A stretch of DNA of 64,000 nucleotides. Origin: Azolla caroliniana. Lineage: Eukaryota > Plantae > Polypodiophyta. Below are positions 24,317-37,351 of this stretch, piece after piece (position 1 is the stretch's first letter; each line of letters starts with the position of its first letter). The translations under genes were made by a program, and so were the position numbers. Under the pieces are notes generated by a model, which saw only the letters and a list, made by a program, of their open reading frames with translations, ran no database searches and was not told where the DNA came from. Location of the stretch: positions 1-64,000 of the forward strand of contig JBHGNT010000120.1 in NCBI GenBank assembly GCA_043228905.1. Reading direction: 5' to 3'.

Positions 24317-24592
24317 GTTTAGAATCGTGACCCTAGTGTACGTCGACATCAAGAACACGACGACCAAGGATCATTCACGGAGTCATAATGCGCATCCGTC
24401 TCGACCGTCTAGAAAATGCGCGGATCTTGTATCCGTTGTTTTGGCTTAATGGATGCATTCATTTACGAGGATGATGATGTTTAATAGGTAAAAGAAATGG
24501 AACGGTTTATCCGGCGCAAATTCCTCATCAAAAGTGCATCGCATGTCCATCGCGATCCTCAATGGAAGTACATTTTCCAATGGAAAACCGAA

Positions 24593-24665
24593 GATCCTAT
24601 GGCCCAATGGATAAGGCGCTGGTCTACGAAACCAGAGATTCTAGGTTCGATCCCTGGTAGGATCG
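24593..24665 (+). tRNA. trnR-ACG: tRNA-Arg(ACG), unit 21
   Basis: copy of 922-994. Confidence 0.95.
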
Positions 24666-25428
24666 ATGAGGATGAGGTTCCGCTTCTCGAGAATCGGAAT
24701 ACAACGAGACTGTTGCGCAATCAATACATGCGTGGATCCCTTGGGGAAGGGATAACATCGCGTATTTGAACGTAATCATCGATCACGACGATGCCGTTCA
24801 CATATTTCTGATGCGCATTCGCTCGAGGGAACATATGAACAATGCCTTTCTTGCTTACGCTCGCCGTGCTCCTGTCTGGCCTGGTTTGAATACAAGCGAG
24901 TAGACGCAAGAATGTGATGACGCCCAGTCGTTGTATGATGTGTATTTGGACGTGGTCCTCAACAAGGATGACGTCGTTTGAAATTTAGAAACAATCTACA
25001 CGAAGGCCACCGCTAAGACGTCGCATGCGCGATACTCTTCATTTGGTTAGAGTAGAATGCGCGTATTCGAGATTCAACGATGCAAATTTACGTACGAGTG
25101 GAAGAACCTAGCGGCCGGTATCATGAGACGAGAACGGTATCTACACATCGGAGATTGACAGTTTGAGACGAAAACTCTTCTCGAAGGTCATTTGTATGGT
25201 TCATGCATGCTTTTCTATGGATTGCATTGCATGCGTCACACCGCATACCTTTATCCGATAAACCCATTTAAGCGCATCTCCGTAATGTGGCGAGTAATAG
25301 AATGGTAAGGTAAGTGACAAGAGATCCCATGAAAAATACGATGATCAAGAAATATGATGAGAAATGAGAGATCCTATCCGATCACGTGCGAGATCTTCAT
25401 TCCTTTCACGTTTCGATGAATGGTCGAA

Positions 25429-25501
25429 GATCCTATGGCCTAATGGATAAGGCGTCGGTCTTCGAAACCAAAGATTCTAGGTTCGACCCCTAGTAGGATC
25501 G
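25429..25501 (+). tRNA. trnR-UCG: tRNA-Arg(TCG), unit 22, T28C variant
   Basis: copy of 573-645 with C at 25456. Confidence 0.9.
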
Positions 25502-25777
25502 GTTTAGAATCGTGACCCTAGTGTACGTCGACATCAAGAACACGACGACCAAGGATCATTCACGGAGTCATAATGCGCATCCGTCTCGACCGTCTAGAAA
25601 ATGCGCGGATCTTGTATCCGCTGTTTTGGCTTAATGGATGCATTCATTTACGAGGATGATGATGTTTAATAGGTAAAAGAAATGGAACGGTTTATCCGGC
25701 ACAAATTCCTCATCAAAAGTGCATCGCATGTCCATCGCGATCCTCAATGGAAGTACATTTTCCAATGGAAAACCGAA

Positions 25778-25850
25778 GATCCTATGGCCCAATGGATAAG
25801 GCGCTGGTCTACGAAACCAGAGATTCTAGGTTCGATCCCTGGTAGGATCG
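25778..25850 (+). tRNA. trnR-ACG: tRNA-Arg(ACG), unit 22
   Basis: copy of 922-994. Confidence 0.95.
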
Positions 25851-26613
25851 ATGAGGATGAGGTTCCGCTTCTCGAGAATCGGAATACAACGAGACTGTTG
25901 CGCAATCAATACATGCGTGGATCCCTTGGGGAAGGGATAACATCGCGTATTTGAACGTAATCATCGATCACGACGATGCCGTTCACATATTTCTGATGCG
26001 CATTCGCTCGAGGGAACATATGAACAATGCCTTTCTTGCTTACGCTCGCCGTGCTCCTGTCTGGCCTGGTTTGAATACAAGCGAGTAGACGCAAGAATGT
26101 GATGACGCCCAGTCGTTGTATGATGTGTATTTGGACGTGGTCCTCAACAAGGATGACGTCGTTTGAAATTTAGAAACAATCTACACGAAGGCCACCGCTA
26201 AGACGTCGCATGCGCGATACTCTTCATTTGGTTAGAGTAGAATGCGCGTATTCGAGATTCAACGATGCAAATTTACGTACGAGTGGAAGAACCTAGCGGC
26301 CGGTATCATGAGACGAGAACGGTATCTACACATCGGAGATTGACAGTTTGAGACGAAAACTCTTCTCGAAGGTCATTTGTATGGTTCATGCATGCTTTTC
26401 TATGGATTGCATTGCATGCGTCACACCGCATACCTTTATCCGATAAACCCATTTAAGCGCATCTCCGTAATGTGGCGAGTAATAGAATGGTAAGGTAAGT
26501 GACAAGAGATCCCATGAAAAATACGATGATCAAGAAATATGATGAGAAATGAGAGATCCTATCCGATCACGTGCGAGATCTTCATTCCTTTCACGTTTCG
26601 ATGAATGGTCGAA

Positions 26614-26686
26614 GATCCTATGGCCTAATGGATAAGGCGTTGGTCTTCGAAACCAAAGATTCTAGGTTCGACCCCTAGTAGGATCG
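26614..26686 (+). tRNA. trnR-UCG: tRNA-Arg(TCG), unit 23
   Basis: copy of 573-645. Confidence 0.95.
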
Positions 26687-26962
26687 GTTTAGAATCGTGA
26701 CCCTAGTGTACGTCGACATCAAGAACACGACGACCAAGGATCATTCACGGAGTCATAATGCGCATCCGTCTCGACCGTCTAGAAAATGCGCGGATCTTGT
26801 ATCCGCTGTTTTGGCTTAATGGATGCATTCATTTACGAGGATGATGATGTTTAATAGGTAAAAGAAATGGAACGGTTTATCCGGCACAAATTCCTCATCA
26901 AAAGTGCATCGCATGTCCATCGCGATCCTCAATGGAAGTACATTTTCCAATGGAAAACCGAA

Positions 26963-27035
26963 GATCCTATGGCCCAATGGATAAGGCGCTGGTCTACGAA
27001 ACCAGAGATTCTAGGTTCGATCCCTGGTAGGATCG
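26963..27035 (+). tRNA. trnR-ACG: tRNA-Arg(ACG), unit 23
   Basis: copy of 922-994. Confidence 0.95.
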
Positions 27036-27798
27036 ATGAGGATGAGGTTCCGCTTCTCGAGAATCGGAATACAACGAGACTGTTGCGCAATCAATACATG
27101 CGTGGATCCCTTGGGGAAGGGATAACATCGCGTATTTGAACGTAATCATCGATCACGACGATGCCGTTCACATATTTCTGATGCGCATTCGCTCGAGGGA
27201 ACATATGAACAATGCCTTTCTTGCTTACGCTCGCCGTGCTCCTGTCTGGCCTGGTTTGAATACAAGCGAGTAGACGCAAGAATGTGATGACGCCCAGTCG
27301 TTGTATGATGTGTATTTGGACGTGGTCCTCAACAAGGATGACGTCGTTTGAAATTTAGAAACAATCTACACGAAGGCCACCGCTAAGACGTCGCATGCGC
27401 GATACTCTTCATTTGGTTAGAGTAGAATGCGCGTATTCGAGATTCAACGATGCAAATTTACGTACGAGTGGAAGAACCTAGCGGCCGGTATCATGAGACG
27501 AGAACGGTATCTACACATCGGAGATTGACAGTTTGAGACGAAAACTCTTCTCGAAGGTCATTTGTATGGTTCATGCATGCTTTTCTATGGATTGCATTGC
27601 ATGCGTCACACCGCATACCTTTATCCGATAAACCCATTTAAGCGCATCTCCGTAATGTGGCGAGTAATAGAATGGTAAGGTAAGTGACAAGAGATCCCAT
27701 GAAAAATACGATGATCAAGAAATATGATGAGAAATGAGAGATCCTATCCGATCACGTGCGAGATCTTCATTCCTTTCACGTTTCGATGAATGGTCGAA

Positions 27799-27871
27799 GA
27801 TCCTATGGCCTAATGGATAAGGCGTTGGTCTTCGAAACCAAAGATTCTAGGTTCGACCCCTAGTAGGATCG
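27799..27871 (+). tRNA. trnR-UCG: tRNA-Arg(TCG), unit 24
   Basis: copy of 573-645. Confidence 0.95.
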
Positions 27872-28147
27872 GTTTAGAATCGTGACCCTAGTGTACGTCG
27901 ACATCAAGAACACGACGACCAAGGATCATTCACGGAGTCATAATGCGCATCCGTCTCGACCGTCTAGAAAATGCGCGGATCTTGTATCCGCTGTTTTGGC
28001 TTAATGGATGCATTCATTTACGAGGATGATGATGTTTAATAGGTAAAAGAAATGGAACGGTTTATCCGGCACAAATTCCTCATCAAAAGTGCATCGCATG
28101 TCCATCGCGATCCTCAATGGAAGTACATTTTCCAATGGAAAACCGAA

Positions 28148-28220
28148 GATCCTATGGCCCAATGGATAAGGCGCTGGTCTACGAAACCAGAGATTCTAGG
28201 TTCGATCCCTGGTAGGATCG
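28148..28220 (+). tRNA. trnR-ACG: tRNA-Arg(ACG), unit 24
   Basis: copy of 922-994. Confidence 0.95.
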
Positions 28221-28983
28221 ATTAGGATCAGGTTCCGCTTCTCGAGAATCGGAATACAACGAGACTGTTGCGCAATCAATACATGCGTGGATCCCTTGGG
28301 GAAGGGATAACATCGCGTATTTGAACGTAATCATCGATCACGACGATGCCGTTCACATATTTCTGATGCGCATTCGCTCGAGGGAACATATGAACAATGC
28401 CTTTCTTGCTTACGCTCGCCGTGCTCCTGTCTGGCCTGGTTTGAATACAAGCGAGTAGACGCAAGAATGTGATGACGCCCAGTCGTTGTATGATGTGTAT
28501 TTGGACGTGGTCCTCAACAAGGATGACGTCGTTTGAAATTTAGAAACAATCTACACGAAGGCCACCGCTAAGACGTCGCATGCGCGATACTCTTCATTTG
28601 GTTAGAGTAGAATGCGCGTATTCGAGATTCAACGATGCAAATTTACGTACGAGTGGAAGAACCTAGCGGCCGGTATCATGAGACGAGAACGGTATCTACA
28701 CATCGGAGATTGACAGTTTGAGACGAAAACTCTTCTCGAAGGTCATTTGTATGGTTCATGCATGCTTTTCTATGGATTGCATTGCATGCGTCACACCGCA
28801 TACCTTTATCCGATAAACCCATTTAAGCGCATCTCCGTAATGTGGCGAGTAATAGAATGGTAAGGTAAGTGACAAGAGATCCCATGAAAAATACGATGAT
28901 CAAGAAATATGATGAGAAATGAGAGATCCTATCCGATCACGTGCGAGATCTTCATTCCTTTCACGTTTCGATGAATGGTCGAA

Positions 28984-29056
28984 GATCCTATGGCCTAATG
29001 GATAAGGCGTTGGTCTTCGAAACCAAAGATTCTAGGTTCGACCCCTAGTAGGATCG
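28984..29056 (+). tRNA. trnR-UCG: tRNA-Arg(TCG), unit 25
   Basis: copy of 573-645. Confidence 0.95.
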
Positions 29057-29332
29057 GTTTAGAATCGTGACCCTAGTGTACGTCGACATCAAGAACACGA
29101 CGACCAAGGATCATTCACGGAGTCATAATGCGCATCCGTCTCGACCGTCTAGAAAATGCGCGGATCTTGTATCCGCTGTTTTGGCTTAATGGATGCATTC
29201 ATTTACGAGGATGATGATGTTTAATAGGTAAAAGAAATGGAACGGTTTATCCGGCACAAATTCCTCATCAAAAGTGCATCGCATGTCCATCGCGATCCTC
29301 AATGGAAGTACATTTTCCAATGGAAAACCGAA

Positions 29333-29405
29333 GATCCTATGGCCCAATGGATAAGGCGCTGGTCTACGAAACCAGAGATTCTAGGTTCGATCCCTGGTAG
29401 GATCG
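29333..29405 (+). tRNA. trnR-ACG: tRNA-Arg(ACG), unit 25
   Basis: copy of 922-994. Confidence 0.95.
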
Positions 29406-30168
29406 ATTAGGATCAGGTTCCGCTTCTCGAGAATCGGAATACAACGAGACTGTTGCGCAATCAATACATGCGTGGATCCCTTGGGGAAGGGATAACATCG
29501 CGTATTTGAACGTAATCATCGATCACGACGATGCCGTTCACATATTTCTGATGCGCATTCGCTCGAGGGAACATATGAACAATGCCTTTCTTGCTTACGC
29601 TCGCCGTGCTCCTGTCTGGCCTGGTTTGAATACAAGCGAGTAGACGCAAGAATGTGATGACGCCCAGTCGTTGTATGATGTGTATTTGGACGTGGTCCTC
29701 AACAAGGATGACGTCGTTTGAAATTTAGAAACAATCTACACGAAGGCCACCGCTAAGACGTCGCATGCGCGATACTCTTCATTTGGTTAGAGTAGAATGC
29801 GCGTATTCGAGATTCAACGATGCAAATTTACGTACGAGTGGAAGAACCTAGCGGCCGGTATCATGAGACGAGAACGGTATCTACACATCGGAGATTGACA
29901 GTTTGAGACGAAAACTCTTCTCGAAGGTCATTTGTATGGTTCATGCATGCTTTTCTATGGATTGCATTGCATGCGTCACACCGCATACCTTTATCCGATA
30001 AACCCATTTAAGCGCATCTCCGTAATGTGGCGAGTAATAGAATGGTAAGGTAAGTGACAAGAGATCCCATGAAAAATACGATGATCAAGAAATATGATGA
30101 GAAATGAGAGATCCTATCCGATCACGTGCGAGATCTTCATTCCTTTCACGTTTCGATGAATGGTCGAA

Positions 30169-30241
30169 GATCCTATGGCCTAATGGATAAGGCGTTGGTC
30201 TTCGAAACCAAAGATTCTAGGTTCGACCCCTAGTAGGATCG
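30169..30241 (+). tRNA. trnR-UCG: tRNA-Arg(TCG), unit 26
   Basis: copy of 573-645. Confidence 0.95.
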
Positions 30242-30517
30242 GTTTAGAATCGTGACCCTAGTGTACGTCGACATCAAGAACACGACGACCAAGGATCATT
30301 CACGGAGTCATAATGCGCATCCGTCTCGACCGTCTAGAAAATGCGCGGATCTTGTATCCGCTGTTTTGGCTTAATGGATGCATTCATTTACGAGGATGAT
30401 GATGTTTAATAGGTAAAAGAAATGGAACGGTTTATCCGGCACAAATTCCTCATCAAAAGTGCATCGCATGTCCATCGCGATCCTCAATGGAAGTACATTT
30501 TCCAATGGAAAACCGAA

Positions 30518-30590
30518 GATCCTATGGCCCAATGGATAAGGCGCTGGTCTACGAAACCAGAGATTCTAGGTTCGATCCCTGGTAGGATCG
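30518..30590 (+). tRNA. trnR-ACG: tRNA-Arg(ACG), unit 26
   Basis: copy of 922-994. Confidence 0.95.
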
Positions 30591-31353
30591 ATTAGGATCA
30601 GGTTCCGCTTCTCGAGAATCGGAATACAACGAGACTGTTGCGCAATCAATACATGCGTGGATCCCTTGGGGAAGGGATAACATCGCGTATTTGAACGTAA
30701 TCATCGATCACGACGATGCCGTTCACATATTTCTGATGCGCATTCGCTCGAGGGAACATATGAACAATGCCTTTCTTGCTTACGCTCGCCGTGCTCCTGT
30801 CTGGCCTGGTTTGAATACAAGCGAGTAGACGCAAGAATGTGATGACGCCCAGTCGTTGTATGATGTGTATTTGGACGTGGTCCTCAACAAGGATGACGTC
30901 GTTTGAAATTTAGAAACAATCTACACGAAGGCCACCGCTAAGACGTCGCATGCGCGATACTCTTCATTTGGTTAGAGTAGAATGCGCGTATTCGAGATTC
31001 AACGATGCAAATTTACGTACGAGTGGAAGAACCTAGCGGCCGGTATCATGAGACGAGAACGGTATCTACACATCGGAGATTGACAGTTTGAGACGAAAAC
31101 TCTTCTCGAAGGTCATTTGTATGGTTCATGCATGCTTTTCTATGGATTGCATTGCATGCGTCACACCGCATACCTTTATCCGATAAACCCATTTAAGCGC
31201 ATCTCCGTAATGTGGCGAGTAATAGAATGGTAAGGTAAGTGACAAGAGATCCCATGAAAAATACGATGATCAAGAAATATGATGAGAAATGAGAGATCCT
31301 ATCCGATCACGTGCGAGATCTTCATTCCTTTCACGTTTCGATGAATGGTCGAA

Positions 31354-31426
31354 GATCCTATGGCCTAATGGATAAGGCGTTGGTCTTCGAAACCAAAGAT
31401 TCTAGGTTCGACCCCTAGTAGGATCG
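31354..31426 (+). tRNA. trnR-UCG: tRNA-Arg(TCG), unit 27
   Basis: copy of 573-645. Confidence 0.95.
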
Positions 31427-31702
31427 GTTTAGAATCGTGACCCTAGTGTACGTCGACATCAAGAACACGACGACCAAGGATCATTCACGGAGTCATAATG
31501 CGCATCCGTCTCGACCGTCTAGAAAATGCGCGGATCTTGTATCCGCTGTTTTGGCTTAATGGATGCATTCATTTACGAGGATGATGATGTTTAATAGGTA
31601 AAAGAAATGGAACGGTTTATCCGGCACAAATTCCTCATCAAAAGTGCATCGCATGTCCATCGCGATCCTCAATGGAAGTACATTTTCCAATGGAAAACCG
31701 AA

Positions 31703-31775
31703 GATCCTATGGCCCAATGGATAAGGCGCTGGTCTACGAAACCAGAGATTCTAGGTTCGATCCCTGGTAGGATCG
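31703..31775 (+). tRNA. trnR-ACG: tRNA-Arg(ACG), unit 27
   Basis: copy of 922-994. Confidence 0.95.
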
Positions 31776-32538
31776 ATTAGGATCAGGTTCCGCTTCTCGA
31801 GAATCGGAATACAACGAGACTGTTGCGCAATCAATACATGCGTGGATCCCTTGGGGAAGGGATAACATCGCGTATTTGAACGTAATCATCGATCACGACG
31901 ATGCCGTTCACATATTTCTGATGCGCATTCGCTCGAGGGAACATATGAACAATGCCTTTCTTGCTTACGCTCGCCGTGCTCCTGTCTGGCCTGGTTTGAA
32001 TACAAGCGAGTAGACGCAAGAATGTGATGACGCCCAGTCGTTGTATGATGTGTATTTGGACGTGGTCCTCAACAAGGATGACGTCGTTTGAAATTTAGAA
32101 ACAATCTACACGAAGGCCACCGCTAAGACGTCGCATGCGCGATACTCTTCATTTGGTTAGAGTAGAATGCGCGTATTCGAGATTCAACGATGCAAATTTA
32201 CGTACGAGTGGAAGAACCTAGCGGCCGGTATCATGAGACGAGAACGGTATCTACACATCGGAGATTGACAGTTTGAGACGAAAACTCTTCTCGAAGGTCA
32301 TTTGTATGGTTCATGCATGCTTTTCTATGGATTGCATTGCATGCGTCACACCGCATACCTTTATCCGATAAACCCATTTAAGCGCATCTCCGTAATGTGG
32401 CGAGTAATAGAATGGTAAGGTAAGTGACAAGAGATCCCATGAAAAATACGATGATCAAGAAATATGATGAGAAATGAGAGATCCTATCCGATCACGTGCG
32501 AGATCTTCATTCCTTTCACGTTTCGATGAATGGTCGAA

Positions 32539-32611
32539 GATCCTATGGCCTAATGGATAAGGCGTTGGTCTTCGAAACCAAAGATTCTAGGTTCGACCCC
32601 TAGTAGGATCG
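32539..32611 (+). tRNA. trnR-UCG: tRNA-Arg(TCG), unit 28
   Basis: copy of 573-645. Confidence 0.95.
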
Positions 32612-32887
32612 GTTTAGAATCGTGACCCTAGTGTACGTCGACATCAAGAACACGACGACCAAGGATCATTCACGGAGTCATAATGCGCATCCGTCTCGAC
32701 CGTCTAGAAAATGCGCGGATCTTGTATCCGCTGTTTTGGCTTAATGGATGCATTCATTTACGAGGATGATGATGTTTAATAGGTAAAAGAAATGGAACGG
32801 TTTATCCGGCACAAATTCCTCATCAAAAGTGCATCGCATGTCCATCGCGATCCTCAATGGAAGTACATTTTCCAATGGAAAACCGAA

Positions 32888-32960
32888 GATCCTATGGCCC
32901 AATGGATAAGGCGCTGGTCTACGAAACCAGAGATTCTAGGTTCGATCCCTGGTAGGATCG
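32888..32960 (+). tRNA. trnR-ACG: tRNA-Arg(ACG), unit 28
   Basis: copy of 922-994. Confidence 0.95.
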
Positions 32961-33723
32961 ATTAGGATCAGGTTCCGCTTCTCGAGAATCGGAATACAAC
33001 GAGACTGTTGCGCAATCAATACATGCGTGGATCCCTTGGGGAAGGGATAACATCGCGTATTTGAACGTAATCATCGATCACGACGATGCCGTTCACATAT
33101 TTCTGATGCGCATTCGCTCGAGGGAACATATGAACAATGCCTTTCTTGCTTACGCTCGCCGTGCTCCTGTCTGGCCTGGTTTGAATACAAGCGAGTAGAC
33201 GCAAGAATGTGATGACGCCCAGTCGTTGTATGATGTGTATTTGGACGTGGTCCTCAACAAGGATGACGTCGTTTGAAATTTAGAAACAATCTACACGAAG
33301 GCCACCGCTAAGACGTCGCATGCGCGATACTCTTCATTTGGTTAGAGTAGAATGCGCGTATTCGAGATTCAACGATGCAAATTTACGTACGAGTGGAAGA
33401 ACCTAGCGGCCGGTATCATGAGACGAGAACGGTATCTACACATCGGAGATTGACAGTTTGAGACGAAAACTCTTCTCGAAGGTCATTTGTATGGTTCATG
33501 CATGCTTTTCTATGGATTGCATTGCATGCGTCACACCGCATACCTTTATCCGATAAACCCATTTAAGCGCATCTCCGTAATGTGGCGAGTAATAGAATGG
33601 TAAGGTAAGTGACAAGAGATCCCATGAAAAATACGATGATCAAGAAATATGATGAGAAATGAGAGATCCTATCCGATCACGTGCGAGATCTTCATTCCTT
33701 TCACGTTTCGATGAATGGTCGAA

Positions 33724-33796
33724 GATCCTATGGCCTAATGGATAAGGCGTTGGTCTTCGAAACCAAAGATTCTAGGTTCGACCCCTAGTAGGATCG
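33724..33796 (+). tRNA. trnR-UCG: tRNA-Arg(TCG), unit 29
   Basis: copy of 573-645. Confidence 0.95.
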
Positions 33797-34072
33797 GTTT
33801 AGAATCGTGACCCTAGTGTACGTCGACATCAAGAACACGACGACCAAGGATCATTCACGGAGTCATAATGCGCATCCGTCTCGACCGTCTAGAAAATGCG
33901 CGGATCTTGTATCCGCTGTTTTGGCTTAATGGATGCATTCATTTACGAGGATGATGATGTTTAATAGGTAAAAGAAATGGAACGGTTTATCCGGCACAAA
34001 TTCCTCATCAAAAGTGCATCGCATGTCCATCGCGATCCTCAATGGAAGTACATTTTCCAATGGAAAACCGAA

Positions 34073-34145
34073 GATCCTATGGCCCAATGGATAAGGCGCT
34101 GGTCTACGAAACCAGAGATTCTAGGTTCGATCCCTGGTAGGATCG
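34073..34145 (+). tRNA. trnR-ACG: tRNA-Arg(ACG), unit 29
   Basis: copy of 922-994. Confidence 0.95.
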
Positions 34146-34908
34146 ATTAGGATCAGGTTCCGCTTCTCGAGAATCGGAATACAACGAGACTGTTGCGCAA
34201 TCAATACATGCGTGGATCCCTTGGGGAAGGGATAACATCGCGTATTTGAACGTAATCATCGATCACGACGATGCCGTTCACATATTTCTGATGCGCATTC
34301 GCTCGAGGGAACATATGAACAATGCCTTTCTTGCTTACGCTCGCCGTGCTCCTGTCTGGCCTGGTTTGAATACAAGCGAGTAGACGCAAGAATGTGATGA
34401 CGCCCAGTCGTTGTATGATGTGTATTTGGACGTGGTCCTCAACAAGGATGACGTCGTTTGAAATTTAGAAACAATCTACACGAAGGCCACCGCTAAGACG
34501 TCGCATGCGCGATACTCTTCATTTGGTTAGAGTAGAATGCGCGTATTCGAGATTCAACGATGCAAATTTACGTACGAGTGGAAGAACCTAGCGGCCGGTA
34601 TCATGAGACGAGAACGGTATCTACACATCGGAGATTGACAGTTTGAGACGAAAACTCTTCTCGAAGGTCATTTGTATGGTTCATGCATGCTTTTCTATGG
34701 ATTGCATTGCATGCGTCACACCGCATACCTTTATCCGATAAACCCATTTAAGCGCATCTCCGTAATGTGGCGAGTAATAGAATGGTAAGGTAAGTGACAA
34801 GAGATCCCATGAAAAATACGATGATCAAGAAATATGATGAGAAATGAGAGATCCTATCCGATCACGTGCGAGATCTTCATTCCTTTCACGTTTCGATGAA
34901 TGGTCGAA

Positions 34909-34981
34909 GATCCTATGGCCTAATGGATAAGGCGTTGGTCTTCGAAACCAAAGATTCTAGGTTCGACCCCTAGTAGGATCG
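34909..34981 (+). tRNA. trnR-UCG: tRNA-Arg(TCG), unit 30
   Basis: copy of 573-645. Confidence 0.95.
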
Positions 34982-35257
34982 GTTTAGAATCGTGACCCTA
35001 GTGTACGTCGACATCAAGAACACGACGACCAAGGATCATTCACGGAGTCATAATGCGCATCCGTCTCGACCGTCTAGAAAATGCGCGGATCTTGTATCCG
35101 CTGTTTTGGCTTAATGGATGCATTCATTTACGAGGATGATGATGTTTAATAGGTAAAAGAAATGGAACGGTTTATCCGGCACAAATTCCTCATCAAAAGT
35201 GCATCGCATGTCCATCGCGATCCTCAATGGAAGTACATTTTCCAATGGAAAACCGAA

Positions 35258-35330
35258 GATCCTATGGCCCAATGGATAAGGCGCTGGTCTACGAAACCAG
35301 AGATTCTAGGTTCGATCCCTGGTAGGATCG
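35258..35330 (+). tRNA. trnR-ACG: tRNA-Arg(ACG), unit 30
   Basis: copy of 922-994. Confidence 0.95.
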
Positions 35331-36093
35331 ATTAGGATCAGGTTCCGCTTCTCGAGAATCGGAATACAACGAGACTGTTGCGCAATCAATACATGCGTGG
35401 ATCCCTTGGGGAAGGGATAACATCGCGTATTTGAACGTAATCATCGATCACGACGATGCCGTTCACATATTTCTGATGCGCATTCGCTCGAGGGAACATA
35501 TGAACAATGCCTTTCTTGCTTACGCTCGCCGTGCTCCTGTCTGGCCTGGTTTGAATACAAGCGAGTAGACGCAAGAATGTGATGACGCCCAGTCGTTGTA
35601 TGATGTGTATTTGGACGTGGTCCTCAACAAGGATGACGTCGTTTGAAATTTAGAAACAATCTACACGAAGGCCACCGCTAAGACGTCGCATGCGCGATAC
35701 TCTTCATTTGGTTAGAGTAGAATGCGCGTATTCGAGATTCAACGATGCAAATTTACGTACGAGTGGAAGAACCTAGCGGCCGGTATCATGAGACGAGAAC
35801 GGTATCTACACATCGGAGATTGACAGTTTGAGACGAAAACTCTTCTCGAAGGTCATTTGTATGGTTCATGCATGCTTTTCTATGGATTGCATTGCATGCG
35901 TCACACCGCATACCTTTATCCGATAAACCCATTTAAGCGCATCTCCGTAATGTGGCGAGTAATAGAATGGTAAGGTAAGTGACAAGAGATCCCATGAAAA
36001 ATACGATGATCAAGAAATATGATGAGAAATGAGAGATCCTATCCGATCACGTGCGAGATCTTCATTCCTTTCACGTTTCGATGAATGGTCGAA

Positions 36094-36166
36094 GATCCTA
36101 TGGCCTAATGGATAAGGCGTTGGTCTTCGAAACCAAAGATTCTAGGTTCGACCCCTAGTAGGATCG
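36094..36166 (+). tRNA. trnR-UCG: tRNA-Arg(TCG), unit 31
   Basis: copy of 573-645. Confidence 0.95.
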
Positions 36167-36442
36167 GTTTAGAATCGTGACCCTAGTGTACGTCGACATC
36201 AAGAACACGACGACCAAGGATCATTCACGGAGTCATAATGCGCATCCGTCTCGACCGTCTAGAAAATGCGCGGATCTTGTATCCGCTGTTTTGGCTTAAT
36301 GGATGCATTCATTTACGAGGATGATGATGTTTAATAGGTAAAAGAAATGGAACGGTTTATCCGGCACAAATTCCTCATCAAAAGTGCATCGCATGTCCAT
36401 CGCGATCCTCAATGGAAGTACATTTTCCAATGGAAAACCGAA

Positions 36443-36515
36443 GATCCTATGGCCCAATGGATAAGGCGCTGGTCTACGAAACCAGAGATTCTAGGTTCGA
36501 TCCCTGGTAGGATCG
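36443..36515 (+). tRNA. trnR-ACG: tRNA-Arg(ACG), unit 31
   Basis: copy of 922-994. Confidence 0.95.
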
Positions 36516-37278
36516 ATTAGGATCAGGTTCCGCTTCTCGAGAATCGGAATACAACGAGACTGTTGCGCAATCAATACATGCGTGGATCCCTTGGGGAAGG
36601 GATAACATCGCGTATTTGAACGTAATCATCGATCACGACGATGCCGTTCACATATTTCTGATGCGCATTCGCTCGAGGGAACATATGAACAATGCCTTTC
36701 TTGCTTACGCTCGCCGTGCTCCTGTCTGGCCTGGTTTGAATACAAGCGAGTAGACGCAAGAATGTGATGACGCCCAGTCGTTGTATGATGTGTATTTGGA
36801 CGTGGTCCTCAACAAGGATGACGTCGTTTGAAATTTAGAAACAATCTACACGAAGGCCACCGCTAAGACGTCGCATGCGCGATACTCTTCATTTGGTTAG
36901 AGTAGAATGCGCGTATTCGAGATTCAACGATGCAAATTTACGTACGAGTGGAAGAACCTAGCGGCCGGTATCATGAGACGAGAACGGTATCTACACATCG
37001 GAGATTGACAGTTTGAGACGAAAACTCTTCTCGAAGGTCATTTGTATGGTTCATGCATGCTTTTCTATGGATTGCATTGCATGCGTCACACCGCATACCT
37101 TTATCCGATAAACCCATTTAAGCGCATCTCCGTAATGTGGCGAGTAATAGAATGGTAAGGTAAGTGACAAGAGATCCCATGAAAAATACGATGATCAAGA
37201 AATATGATGAGAAATGAGAGATCCTATCCGATCACGTGCGAGATCTTCATTCCTTTCACGTTTCGATGAATGGTCGAA

Positions 37279-37351
37279 GATCCTATGGCCTAATGGATAA
37301 GGCGTTGGTCTTCGAAACCAAAGATTCTAGGTTCGACCCCTAGTAGGATCG
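37279..37351 (+). tRNA. trnR-UCG: tRNA-Arg(TCG), unit 32
   Basis: copy of 573-645. Confidence 0.95.

Noticed and set aside
24497-27139. Three 90-aa plus-strand ORFs (MERFIR...)
   Set aside because: They read through the tRNA-Arg(ACG) gene and are open only because the GATGAG trailer variant removes TAG stops; no coding evidence
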